From assembly GCF_052425735.1 (NCBI RefSeq), contig NC_135760.1, forward strand, positions 124,001 through 188,000: a stretch of 64,000 bases of DNA, read 5' to 3'. The position numbers were made by a program, and so were the translations under genes. Positions 1-14,100 of this stretch are shown one piece after another (positions within the stretch are counted from its first letter, which is position 1; every line of letters starts with the position of its first letter). This DNA is from Oculina patagonica (taxonomy: Eukaryota). The notes below the pieces were generated by a model. It was not told the origin of the DNA. It saw nothing but the letters and a program-made list of their open reading frames with translations, and searched no databases.

Positions 1-259
1 TGGTATGTTATTCTGGTTTGTTTTTAAAAGGTGTTCCCCACATGAAATGCCAATTTGATCAGGCATGCGGGCCAAAACTAAAACCACATGTATTAAAATA
101 ATTTGGTTTGATTATCATACATCTTAATCCAGTATAAGACTTTTTCTTTATTTTTTAGTTCAGGTACAATAGCTTCTATTATTCTTTCCTTTCTTTCAAA
201 AGCTCTTTATATTTTCTGTATTTTATTTAATTATCTATTATTTGTTATTATTTTCAAAA

Positions 260-448
260 TGTGTGGTTCCATAAAAATATCTGTACCCTCCTGGTGCAGG
301 ATCGCTGGAAATTCTGAGGGGGAAGGGGTCTTGACCAAAATTTTTTAAAGGGAAGCATGAAACCTAAACTGGAATTTCCAGAGGGGAGGAGGGGTAAAAA
401 CCCAAAAATCCTCTGTTTGGGGAGTATGATATTTTCTGGAACAACACA
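260..448. mobile_element. MITE (TGTGTGGTTCCA...TGGAACAACACA termini)
   Basis: Terminal inverted repeats; a second copy lies at 26110-26297. Confidence 0.7.
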
Positions 449-575
449 ATCTGCCTTGTTACAGTGTTTTCTGTCATGGGTCCTTTGAATCAGGAGAGAG
501 ATATCTGTACTGTACCATAGTTCTTGTATGTAAAGTTGTCCAGATAAATTTATTTATTACCATCTTCTTTTTTAG

Positions 576-1651
576 GTTAATGTGCGAATTTTGGATCTTT
601 ATGAGGAACTTCGAGATGGAAATAACCTTTTACTACTATTAGAGCTTCTCTGCAAAACTAACTTGGTATGTGTTCTTTTGACAAAACCTTCGCTGATTGC
701 GTCAGCTACGAGTTTCAACCGTCTGTCCTTGTTGACAATAAAAATTGGCCAATCAGCGCTCAAGAATTCCCTCAGTTATTGTAAAATATCTCTTAGTTAC
801 TTAATGCTGCAGATACTGCAATACGTTTCAGGGGTGTGAGTGTTATCTAAAGGAAATACTGGTAGTTAATATTTTGTCAGTGTTTCTATAGAGTTGTGTT
901 TCCATGGCGTGCATTTCCTGTTCTCCCAGAATGCAATTTCTTATCAGCGTTACTCAATATCGTGGCTGTTAAAATACCTTAGAATCAAGCTTCAAGATCC
1001 CTTTTCATTACTTTTCAGCCAAGAGAAAGAGGCCAGCTACGTTTTCACAGACTTCAGAATGTCCAGACAGCATTGGAGTTTCTTCAGTCCCAGCAGGTAT
1101 ACACTGTACTATAGCTATACATTTTAGTTTACTGTGGTGAATCTATAAGTAAAGTACTTAAAAAATTATAATATTGAGTTGGATAATGTACTCTAGGTTA
1201 TTATAAAGAACTCTACAATAACAAAGAAGTTATATTGTAACACTCAAAAGTAAGTTACCACCACAAGATGTGAATCGGGTCTCGTGAGGGGCCCTGGTTG
1301 AAAAAGGCACCTAGTCAAGTGAAGTTTAAGTGTCTTGCCTGAGAGCATAGCACAAGAACTAGCTGGGCTTGAAGGTGAGGGTTGTTTGGTGGGGGGGGGA
1401 AAGAGAAAAAACTGTGGATCATGAATCCTGACCAGTACATTTATCATTTGGCCACTGCACCTTCTAATTCCTGTATAGTACACAAACTGGATCTATTGCA
1501 ACTTCCCCTAAGTGCTTCAGTGCTTACTCAGAACCTGATGTAATTTTTTTTGTTTCAGGTTAAACTTGTGAACATTCGAAGTGAAGACATTGTGGACGGC
1601 AGTCCCAAACTAACCCTTGGGTTAATATGGACAATTATCTTACACTACCAG
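576..1651 (+). CDS. Spectraplakin CH1 (calponin homology) exons
   Basis: Exons 576-665 ([25 protein letters not shown]), 1019-1096 ([22 protein letters not shown]) and 1559-1651 ([31 protein letters not shown]); canonical plakin/spectrin CH1 motifs, all phase 0. Confidence 0.96.
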
Positions 1652-4600
1652 GTCAGATAAAACGTTTTTAGAGTGGTACATGTGCTGTAAACTTAGAAAA
1701 AATGAGGTCTTGCCTCCTGAGACCCCCTTGTGCTTTATAGAAATACATGCAAGCCTCCAGCATCTTAGTTCCAAACTTTTGTATGACACAAATGTACATA
1801 CATGTTTATACCCTTTTTGTATTTTCAAAGCCTTGCAGTGATGGGTGTCCCCCTTTGCAAGACCCCCACTTCATAAATGTGGATGTAGATGTCATGGTTT
1901 AAATTCATCTCTGGTTTAAAATTTTTCAAACCAGTTTGTGTTTTATTTTCCATTGTCTCAAATTCATTATCACAATCTGAAACAAAGGGAAATAAAATTT
2001 AAACTGATTTGAAAAATTTTGAACCAAAGATAAATTTAAACCACAACATAGACATGTAATGGACCTCCCCAACTTATTGTGGTTTTGAAATGTTAAAGAA
2101 TGACGTAACATCTATCAACCTAAAAGACGCTGGTGGTATTCTTTTTGTACTTCAGATACTAAGGAGACTGTATGTTACATGTAATTTGACATTGGCTTAT
2201 AGCAATTTAATTTGCAGCACATATATAGCTTGCAGGGGTGTGTTTAGCTATAAATAGCTCAAAATTTAGACTCAAAATTGAATCCAAAAGTAAGTGCTAC
2301 TCTTTTCAAGCTGCAAATTATCCTCTAAAAACAAGTCTTCCCCAGCAGGGGTATTTTGTAGAATGCGGAATGATGGTGAAGGAACGGCGATAGTATAATG
2401 CCCTATCCAACAAATAAAAGCTGACCACAAGCAAACCGCCGACCATCATTCTGTGTTCTGCATTCTGCATTCTGCAAAATACCCCTACAGGTCAAATCCC
2501 CCCTCAAAAACACTCTCCCTGGCAACTAGTACACAGCAGTTGATTTTCGTATTGATGCAGCTCCGAGTTTTAAATACATTGCTAACCATTTACTTAAGGG
2601 GTTTCATGCAAAAGCTATTGCTTGAAAATATATTACATGGTTCCTTGTTACTGTATTTTGCAGATTTCAGAGGTGGAAGTTGTTGGAAAACAAGGACAAA
2701 TGACAGCCAAAGATGCACTTCTTCTGTGGGCACAGAAAGTAACTCAGGGGTATGAATAAATTTTGATGTAAATTTGTATCAGACCTTTGTGTATAAATTT
2801 ACATCTAAAACGCAAATCATAAAATATCCAGTCTGTGTTAATTTTTTTCTGGAAAGATTAATTCTCACTTTTCCTTATAATAGTCAGAAATCCAAATTCA
2901 AACAAGTTGAGATACTGTACTGACAATTAAGTGCTACCGACTGTAATTTTCGAGAAAAAAATTTCAAAACTGCAAATTCGCATTTCTTCATATTCAGTCA
3001 AAAGAAACCCTTTGGTGAACTATTTACGAAAATGACATTTAAAATTTTCAAAGGGTTTTTATATTTGAGAAAATCAGCAAAAGGTGAAATGCCGTTTTCG
3101 CGTCCCCGCCGCCATAAAATTTTGTCGAATTTTTGTGGGTATTCAAAACACTCGTATGGAAAGAAGGTTGAACGTATGAAATTTATCTTTGGCATGTATG
3201 CAGGGCATCCAATATACTACACAGAAACCTAAAAATATTGCAAAACGATGCAATTACAGATCTTTTTGAAAGCCCGAAAATTGGTATTTTGAGCACTTTG
3301 GCAAACACTTGAAACAAGGGTAACTTTGGTGGCAAAAATCGTGTCCTGGTACATCGAAATTTGGAATAAAAAATAGATCGGCGTCAAGTACTATTATGGT
3401 ACTGTAACATATAAAAAATCCAGCCCGGGCAATTGAAAAACCACCCGTTGAGAGAAGTAAACGCATAGTGAATATTTCATGTATTGACTACAAAAATTGT
3501 CACGGTCACGCAACACTAGTACACACATTTCGATTGGATTTATTCAATGTGTTTTAGTTTTGCTCACTTTGGCTACAGTTTATGCTCGAATATAAAATCT
3601 ATCTATCTTATGTATTATTTACTGTTTTGTATTCATATCAAAATTAATTTTAGAGGAGGGGATAATTGATCTGACCGCAAAAATACAAAGGTCAAGTGTC
3701 GTGTCATATTTTAATACATGTACCGACTTTGCCGCTCGCACTGTGTAACTCGCACTGTGAAAGAAATAAAACAATTCAAAGCGAAATGTCTTCACAAAGT
3801 AGTCTCGAAGCGTGTCATATTTTATCCTGGTGGTTCTGTTTCATTAAATTACTAACTATTTAACACTGGTAAAAGTTACTTTTAGTTCCGGCTGTATCGA
3901 TTCTGTAAAGTTTTTCGAATACCTCAGTCTGTGTGTCAACAACATGAATTTTGCAAATACAGTATGTGTTCATAAACAAGATGATCTTATCGACAAGCGT
4001 ATCTATAGGAGAACATCGAAAAATGAAGTAACTGTGTTCAACTGTTTGTATTTCCTTTTAAGAGTGCGGGTCCTCGACTTGATATTATACGCCAGAACTG
4101 ATACATGTACATGTTTACCAAGAACTGCAAGAACTGGAATTAGATGTCTGTCTGAATGTCTGTTGATTTCCTGTTTAACAATAACAATAAAAAAAACACT
4201 CTTGGCTATAAAGCAAAAGATACTATACCACCAGCTTACCATACATGTCCAAACATAACAAGTAGCGATTCTCGGCTGGTTGAGCAACTGGAGCAAATAC
4301 CAAACACATTCGAAAAGGCGATCTCCGCAGCCATTGTCAGCCGTCGTCACGCTCTCCACTGTTGCAAGGCTGCCTGCCTTTCTCTTGTTTGCAATTTTTA
4401 CACAAGTTCTCTGCCTTTTTACCGCATTCACAACCAATCTCGACTCACTGTTTTTACCTCCAGACTCTTAAAATCAAATTCGATCCTTTGGAGAGCGAGG
4501 AAAGGGAAGGTTATATACGGGTGTTGGGGGGGGGGGGGGTAGGGGGTCAAGGTTTATTTTGTCATTGATCTTATTGTCCCACGAAGTGACTGACCAGATT

Positions 4601-7600
4601 ACCAGAATTGCAGAAGTAATCGTTACCTTAAGGTTGCTATTTTTAGCGGCTACTAATTTTAGCGATTTTTCTGAGCAAGATTTAGCGACAATGTAATTTA
4701 GCGATTTTCAGATTTTTTTTTTTTAAAAAAGACAGCAGGCCCTAGAAAAAAAAAAATACCCAGTGTAAACCAGTATTTCATAAAGTAATAGCTAAGATGG
4801 AAGTAAATGTTCAGTAAAAGAACAGAATCACTTGACGGCATTGTCAGAAAGAACAATGTTACGATATCCATTTCTTAAAAGAGTTTTTGATGTCGACTAT
4901 GATTAATTTATTTTCCTTTGGGGAGGTGGGAGGGGGGTACCAAAATTTAACGAGTATTAAATTTGAACAAGACTAATTTTAGCGAGTACTTAATTTAGCG
5001 ATTTTCTTGCTACTCGCTAAAATCACTAAAATTAGGAGCCGTTGAAAGATTGCAACCTTGAGGTATGTTGTTCTGACATCACCCTGGGAACTAGCTAAGG
5101 GTTGACCCTAAGACTCCCACTGAGGTGGACAGGAATTCAGGAAGAGAGGTTTGACTTAAAAAACAACAGCGAAAAAAAACCTTGTAGTAGAGAGAAGAAA
5201 AGGACCAACCTTGCAGAAAATGATTGGTCGGAAATCATTTCCTGTCTCCACTTCTCAGTATTTAAAGGTTTGCCCCTTGCCTTTTAGGATATGTGGGACG
5301 ATTAAATGCAGAGGGCCACACACCGTTAGGAAGACTTTGGCACAATTCTTTGTCGGATCTCACGTAGCTTGGAGATGCGTGTACTAGAACTCACTCGAGG
5401 TGTATAAAACAGTAATTTTAAATGCACGGCTAGTACGACGACACTTTGTATTGGACAATTTATTAGGAGCTAGCTTATGTGTACTAAACAGTGGCAGATC
5501 CAGACCTTTAGGAAGGTGGGGACCCCAATCGTGCTGACCTGAAATTAGCTCTTGAAGATGATTTTTCTTGGTCCCGTGGGCTTCGGTTTAGCCTAAAAAT
5601 AATGTGGAGACCAGGGCCCAAGGGCTCCTCCCCTTGATCCGCCACTGCTTTTAATAGTTGCAGACGAAAGAAGAGCTTAACTTGGTCCCGATTCATGCAA
5701 CTACATTCCTGGACAAGTTCTTGCAACAGGACCACATAAGGAGCCCTTTTCCTCACTTGTGGAACAGGAACAGCTAGTCGAAGTTCATTGCAAAAGAATT
5801 GTAGCTGCCACATTTTTTTCTTCGAAAGAGAGTTTGCCTAGACCATTTCCCACACAAGGGCCTGGTTTAAAAAAACAAATTCTGAAATCGCTAAATTAAA
5901 TAGTCGCTAAATCTTGCTCAGAAAAATCGCTAAAATTAGTAGCCGCTAAAAATAGCAACCTTAAGGTAACGATTACTTCTGCAATTCTGGTAATCTGGTC
6001 AGTCACTTCGTGGGACAATAAGATCAATGACAAAATAAACCTTGACCCCATACCCCCCCCCCCCAACACCCGTATATAACCTTCCCTTTCCCCGCTATCC
6101 AAAGGATCGAATTTGATTTTAAGAGTCTGGAGGTAAAAAGAGTGAGTCGAGATTGGTTGTGAATGCGGTAAAAAGACAGAGAACTTGTGTAAAAATTACA
6201 AACGGGAGAAAGGCAGGCAGCCTTGGAACAGTGGAGAGCGTGACGACGGCTGACAACGGCTGCGGAGATCGCCTTTTCGAATGTGTTTGGTATTTGCTCC
6301 GTTGCTCAACCAGCCGAGAATCGTTACTTGTTATGTTTGGACATGTATGGTAAGCTGGTGGTATAGTATCTTTTGCTTTATAGCCAAGAGTGTTTTTTTT
6401 ATTGTTATTGTTAAACAGGAAATCAACAGACATTCAGACAGACATCTAATTCCAGTTCATGCAGTTCTTGGTAAACATGTACATGTATCAGTTCTGGCGT
6501 ATAATATCAAGTCGAGGACCCGCACTCTTAAAAGGAAATACAAACAGTTGAACACAGTTACTTCATTTTTCGATGTTCTCCTATAGATACACTTGTCGAT
6601 AAGATCATCTTGTTTATGAACACATACTGTATTTGCAAAATTCATGTTGTTGACACACAGACTGATTAGGTATTCGAAAAACTTTACAGAATCGATACAG
6701 CCGGAACTAAAAGTAACTTTTACCAGTGTTAAATAGTTAGTAATTTAATGAAACAGAACCACTAGGATAAAATATGACACGCTTCGAGACTACTTTGTGA
6801 AGACATTTCGCTTTGAATTGTTTTATTTCTTTCCCAGTGCGAGTTACACAGTGCGAGCGGCAAAGTCGGTACATGTATTAAAATATGACACGAAACTTGA
6901 CCTTTGTATTTTTGCGGTCAGATCAATTATCCCCTCCTCTAAAATTAATTTTGATATGAATACAAAACAGTAAATAAAACATAAGATAGATAGATTTTAT
7001 ATTCGAGCATAAACTGTAGCCAAAGTGAGCAAAACTAAAACACATTGAATAAATCCAATCGAAATGTGTTTACTAGTGTTGCGTGACCGTGACAATTTTT
7101 GAAGTCAATACATGAAATATTCACTATGCGTTTACTTCGCTCAACGGGTGGTTTTTCAATTGCCCGGGCTGGATTTTTTATATGTTACAGTACCATAATA
7201 GTACTTGACGTCGATCTATTTTTTATTCCAAATTTCGATGTACCAGGACACGATTTTTGCCACCAAAGTTACCCTTGTTTCAAGTGTTTACAAAAGTGCT
7301 CAAAATACCAATTTTCGGGCTTTCAGAAAGGTCTGTTTAATTGCATCGTTTTGCAATATTTTTAGGTTTCTGTGTAGTATATTGGATGCCCTGCATACCT
7401 GCCAAAGATAAATTTCATACGTTCAACCTTCTTTCCGTACGAGTGTTTTGAATACCCACAAAAATTCGACAAAATTTTATGGCGGCAGGGACGCGAAAAC
7501 GGCATTTCACCTTTTGCCGATTTTCTCAAATATAAAAACCATTTGAAAATTTTAAATGTCATTTTCGTAAATAGTTCACCAAAGAGTTTCTTTTGACTGA

Positions 7601-10600
7601 ATATGAAGAAATGCGAATTTGCAGTTTTGAAATTTTTTTCTTGAAAATTACAGTCGGTAGCACTTAAAATCTGGTTGTCTAAAACAACAAACGTTCTTGC
7701 AATGTGATTGGTTTTCATCACTGATTGTATAATTTAGTAGGCTTGGTTAATTAGCATGGTTATACCAAAATTTTTATAACATGTAAGTATAAGAGTACTG
7801 GATATGTCAATGTTTGGTTGAAGTTGGCAAGGTTTACTTTACAAGGCTGGTTGTTTGCCAAAGTAAGTTAAAAATATTAATAAATAATGAGAATCTTTTA
7901 ATTAACAAAATTGACCTTTCCGCGCCGAGCACAAAAAGAGGACTGGGCATGAGTTTGAAAATAATACGTATTTCTTAGCTTGTTGATATTTTTTTTAATT
8001 GAATGGAAACAAGTTTTGAAAAGCTGTTAGCTATTAGAAATGTGATATCAGAGTGAGGTTTTGTTTTGTTTCAGGTACCCATCAGTTGCAGTTGGAAACT
8101 TTACATCGTCATGGAAAGATGGGCTAGCTTTCAATGCAATCATTCACAGATACAGGTAATTAAAGTGAAAGAAAGTCATTGAAAGTGATGTATCAACATA
8201 TACATGTGTCAAACATACAAAAGAGTGTTTCATCATATTTTCAAACACCAATAAGAGAGTTGAAAATACAAAGCACAGCAGAATATATTTGACCACAACT
8301 CTCACAAGTGCTTGATATATGTCCTCAATCGAAACTAAAACTTGGGAGAAAAAAGAGAAATAAAATATTGTAAAAATCTATGCATTTTTACATCACATAT
8401 CAAAACCACTGTCACGGTTCCATTTTGCCTTGTTCTGATTTCCTTTTGTGTGTTTGTTAATGGTACATTCAGCACACATCATGTTGGAAAGAAGAAACCT
8501 GTGCCTTTATAATTACATTAAATTGACAATATCTCTGCATCCAATGACAGGCCAGATCTTGTGGACTTTTCTAAACTGAATAAAGCAAGCCCTGAGCAAA
8601 ATCTGGAGTACTCATTTCATGTGGCAGAGAAAGAACTTGGTGTTCCCAGGCTGTTAGATGTTGAAGGTAAAATATTTTAAGATGATCATCTATCATGACA
8701 ACAGGTTCAACATTATCATGATGGTGACTTCATACAGTCGATTGCATCTACCTGTGAACGCACACGCTAAAAATATGTTTTCACGTGACGTTCTAACGTC
8801 TGCGTTTCAGGTGTCAAACTTTGAAGTAAAGCATACCGTAATGCGAACTTTTGTTCTCAAAATGCTCACCATAAACACTGAGCACGGCAAAATTTTACAC
8901 TAGAAATGATTCAAGTGAACTTGTGTATGCATATAGACACAGATCAGCATCATCACGGGTAGATGCAATCGACAGTATCGAGTTTTGCTGAAAAAATAAT
9001 TTAAAAAAATTGTGATCACCTACAGGTTTCAGTACACTGCACTGTAGATGTGAAGGCCCATCTACAGGCCTGTCTTGTGTATTGAAAGACACTTCACTTT
9101 TATAGCACCCCTTGATCTCCACCCGGGATTTTAAATAAGTACTGGCAAATTGTTTGGGCAACTAGAAAAATTGCCAGGGGTTATCCAACAATACAAAAAC
9201 ATCTTGAAGCTGTTTTGAGGCAGGTACTCAGTGAAGAAACTGAAGTGGGAGGGGCAGGGGAAGGTACAAAGAATCTTTTTAGGAAAAGCCACATTAAGTA
9301 TGTAACTGGAGACTTTTGTATATGTTTTGTTTGACAATGTTTTGAATGGCAGCCTGAGGCTGTCTGCCTCAAAAAATTGTTGGACTATGCATTGAAAGCA
9401 ATGTGCCCAGTAATAGCAAAACAAAATACTGACTTTTGTTATGTTGTTGTGGTAGACTTGGCTCACACAGACCATCCAGATGAAAAGTCAGTTATGACCT
9501 ACGTTTCTTCATTGTACGAAATATTTCCAAAAGAGCCCACTGTACAAGAATCACTTCACGATAATGTAAGTAGATTATGAATAAACAAAACAAAAGAGAT
9601 ATTTTTTCCAAATTGTACAGCCAGTGCATCTGCAGTAACTGGTGGTTAGTGATTTTAAATTGCAGTCACAATTTTTTTTTATAATTCCTATAATTTATTT
9701 TGCAGGAAAAGCTTTTTAAGTTTGAGGAGTATTGCAACCTGGCAAAAGTGCTTGTTGTGGATATTAACCGAGTCATACAAAAACTGGAGAGACAGAGGTT
9801 CCCAAAGACTGTCCAGGGAATTAAGGTGGGTTGAAATGAGAAGAGATAGGATTGGATAGAAGTGATAGGTTCCCACTTAATAAACTGCAGTATAGCAGAC
9901 AGACTACTTGCGAAAATTAATTGACTGGGTGTGTGATTAACAATTCGGGAAAAAAGGAGCCTTGACAAAAAAGGAGACAAATTAAGGCTAAAAGCTGTAG
10001 TTTTATTTTGAACCCTGGGTTATTGTACATCATATACCGGCTCCTTTATTTCCTAGTAGATGAAGTGTAGCAAAAATTGAGTCTGAGTATTATTGACCTT
10101 CCAAAATCATCCCAGTAGGCCTAACTATTATAAGCTTTTTAGTTTATTTTAGGCTGCCTTGTCACTTTTAAAAAATCATGTTATTTTAATATTGTTATTA
10201 ACGCATAAAACAACAATATCATTTTTGTGTGTGGCAAATAAAAAATTGTGTTGTTTGTAACTGTATAATATTTTCCTTTAATTCATAACATCTTTAGGAG
10301 CTGATAGTTGATTTCAACCGTTATCGCATCAGTGAATTTCCTGACATGGAAGCCTCTAGACATTCTCTGAAAATGGTCTTCCGTGAGCTCCAGGTACAGC
10401 GAATATTCTTGTCTAGTGGTTTAGTAAAAAATACAACCTCTTCACTCCTTCTCCAACTAATACTCACAATACAGGGTTGTAGCTAAGGGCCGGCTGCCAG
10501 CTTATTTCACCAGCTGACAGAGAACTTAAATCCAGCTAAAATTTCACCTGAAAACAAAGACTTAGGTAAAGTTTTAGAGCTGCCAAGGCCAGAAAAGCCA

Positions 10601-11103
10601 GCTGTGCTTGTTGATGAGCCGGCTTAGCGTTTTCTTAGCTACATCCCTGGATACACAAACAAAATATTTTGCACTTTTCACTCTCAAAAAAAAAATATTT
10701 AATGACCTCTATGCTATTTTCACTTACCGTTGTTGTCAATCTCTGTCAAGTTAGTGTTTACTGGGTAGATCTATATAAAACTTTATTTGGACTTAATTTG
10801 GGCTTTTGGTTTTTGGGGTGGGGGGGGGGGGGTGGGTGGGTGCTTTATCAATATCATTTGGTTATAATTTGCAATGGTTGGTCGGTTATAAAGTAATATA
10901 CTGGTAATAATATTGGAAACTGCAGATGAGTTTTGGTCACCACATTTATTTACTTTACATTTAAAGAATATTTTGTTATTGTTTAGAGACAGGTATCTGA
11001 AGTCAAAAATCTGCTTGATTACTCCAAACTTGTCTTCTTGTGAGGGCAGTGTTCTTTCTTGGAAAATTGCTACCGAGACAGCTGTGCAAAATCCAGTTTA
11101 CCT

Positions 11104-11189
<86 letters not shown>

Positions 11190-14100
11190 ACGTTATGGCT
11201 TTATTGTCATTTGTTTGTTAGGCACTGTATGGCCCCATGGCAACCTGGCTTGAGTTTCCTTTTGAGTGTAGTCCCAGGGAATTAGAAGTGGTAAGAATTG
11301 TTAATGGCATGTACTGGACTATGTATAGTTATTTATGTGTTTATAGTCAAATTGGAAAGTAAGTGGATATTCCTTTATGGCTAAATTATATTATGTAAGA
11401 TACAACTCCTAAAAATTACATAAAGGATGAGTTGTGACCCAAATGTTGCGAAACGCAAAACTGTGGGTAGAAAGTTAAGATGATTTGTGTGAAAAGTTGC
11501 TGGATTGCAAGCAAATTGCTCTCCAGCGACTTTTTTCATACAAACCTTTATAATAATTTCATCATGCGCATTCCATTTTATGGCAGCCATTTACTACTAC
11601 CGTCTTTTGCAATGACTGACAAGGTCGCATGATAGGGTTCTGAAAAGTACCTTTTGCTGCTTGTGTGTGTGTGTGTGTTGTTTTTCAAATGTCTCGAGTT
11701 TAATATTATTGTTATTTTCCTTATAGTCATGGACAAAGCTTGTTGAGACCCAGGATAACTACAACAAGTCGCTGAGAATTGAACTTACCAGGTTAGTCAC
11801 ATTTTTCTGGGTAACACCATTTTAAGACCTGGCCAAACGGAGATGCAAGTGGACGCAAGTTTTCAACTTGCGTTTACTTGCGTCTCCGTTTGGCCAGGAC
11901 TTGCGTGCACTTGCGTTGACTTGCGATGACTTGCGCTCACTTTGGTTGAGATCAAATTTGCACGCAAGTGAACTCAAGTTTTTCACCGTTTGGCCACCCA
12001 ACGCAAGTCAACGCAAATTTTGTGCTTACTTCAAATAGTGAATTGCAGCGCGCGCAGTAGCATTTAAATGGCTTCTTTGATAACTTGCGTGCACTTGTGA
12101 GTAAACTTGCGAGTCCGTTTGGCCACCCAACGCAAGTTTGTACGCAAGTTCGACTTGCGACTACTTGCGTCCACTTGCGTTACCGTTTGGCCAGGGCTTC
12201 AGACAAATTTGCGAGGCTTATTAGACTGGTCATAGATAGGGCTTGATTCAAACTAATTTAAGCACTGGCCAAACGGTAACGCAAGGAAATTAACGATACA
12301 TATAATTAACGCGAATTTCAGAAATTCGCGTTAATTTCATGTACCTTAATTTACGTCATTTTTAATTAAAATCACATTATTATCCAGCATTGTTATTTTA
12401 AGACACTTTAATTTCAAAAAAATAATGTTTAAACGACATCTACTTCTCCGTCAAAGCTGCAGGAATAACAGAGGCAGTGAAAAGCGCCAGGATGGGATGT
12501 ATTTCATCCCTGGATCCATTTATTTAATATTAGTCACTATTTGGTCTGTTTAAGTATCTTTGTCGTGTATGGTTTATCCGAATGAAACCTCAAGTTCTGT
12601 TGTTGGACGTTGCTGTTTTGTCTTTTAAATAGCGCAGGTTGCTATAAAAATTACTACGCATCAAATTCGCGTTAATTAACTGCATGTAAGCACACATTAC
12701 ACGAGAATTCGCGTTAATTAAATGCATGTTAACATAAAGTTTCGACAATTCGCGTTAATTTTATTACGCGTACATTTTGTTCGCGTTGTTAAAATTCTTC
12801 GTTATATTCCTGTAATAAGGTAATCACAAGTTGAACTTGCGTACAGACTGCGTTGGGTGGGCAAACGGACTCGCAAGTGCACGCAAGTCCACCGCGGTCA
12901 AACGACAGAAATATGCAAAAAATAAGAAAAGTACTGCAAAGATAAGGTTTTAATTTTCACAGTTCAAAGTTCGATACATAAACGGTATCCTAAAGGTTTA
13001 CTAAGTTTTTTAAAGCTTTACTAAAAAAGTTCTACGTGTTTGAAAATAGCGATATTTGGACTTGTCGGCGCCATTTGTCAAAGCACCATTGGTTTGGATG
13101 CGAAACATTTAAAAAGTAAAAACACTGGTTTACTTGAGGGAATGAGATTATGCTTTCACTCGACAACTATTTTTATCTATCCTTGCTCGTAATAACACTT
13201 CAATTTAAACAAAAAACGGCGAAATGGAAAGAAAACCTGCCTGAGACGTTTGACCGCGGTGAAGCACGCAAGTTGTCAAAAAGCCATTTCGATGCTACTG
13301 CGCGCGATGCAATTCAGTACTTGAAGTAAGCAGCAAGACTAGCGTTGACTTGCGGTGGGTGGCCAAACGGTGAAAAACTTGCGCCGACTTGCGTACAAAT
13401 TTTTATCCCGCCCAAAGTGAACGCAAGTCAACGCAAGTGCACGCAAGTCCTGGCCAAACGGAAACGCAAGAAGACGCAAGTATTCAATCTGCGTCTACTT
13501 GCGTCTCCGTTTGGTCAGGCCTTTAGACAATTTTGTGAGGTTCAAATTGGTCATAAGTTTGTTTGAAACTGAAAATTTCAATCTTCAGAAAAACGCAAAA
13601 AAACAATACCAGAAAGCTGTAGAAAACCGTGGATGGTCAAAATTGGTCAAGACTGAAACAGATTGTGAAAGACATCACTTGTTCTTTATTAGCGTTTTCT
13701 GATTTTTTGTTTTCCGTTACTCTTCAGGCTTGAACAGATGTATCAAGTTGCCGAAAAAATACAAAAAGAGGTCAGTAAAAGAATACTGTTTTATGAAAAG
13801 AGTAGTTTTTCCCTTTTGAGCTTCTTTGCTCCCGGGTCTGACCTTTGATAGAAAGACGGTAGCCAGTCAGATTGCAAGTTGTCCATAGTCAGTCATAGTG
13901 TTGTGATAATTTACAGTGTAGCATGTGAAACATTGTTTGACTACCATAAGGTTTCGAAAGTATCGACCCATCCGAAAGTAGCAATAAAAGTTCACGGTTA
14001 CTAGAAGCCTCCTACGTAGACGTTCTTTTGGAACGTCACGCAATCTCTCATCCTTGCGTGACGAGCCTAAAGAACTTTTCCGTCCGAGGCTAGGTTACTA

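Larger units (their letters stand above)
2931..7663. mobile_element. Fold-back non-autonomous DNA transposon with ~1.8 kb inverted arms, flanked by TTAA (piggyBac/Kolobok-type target)
   Basis: TTAA|GTGCTACCGACTG... at 2927 and ...CAGTCGGTAGCAC|TTAA at 7664. Arms 2931-~4743 and ~5857-7663 are near-identical reverse complements, mirrored in the ORF track. No transposase motif seen. Confidence 0.88.
12262..13523. mobile_element. Second, inverted copy of the same MITE carrying two nested insertions
   Basis: Reverse complement of copy 1, interrupted at ~12284-12812 and 12888-13263. Confidence 0.75.

Noticed and set aside
2998-7721. Many 60-144 aa ORFs in mirrored pairs, as possible transposase or nested genes
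   Set aside because: They arise from the inverted arms, differ by frameshifts between arms, and show no DDE/DDD or other recognisable motif.
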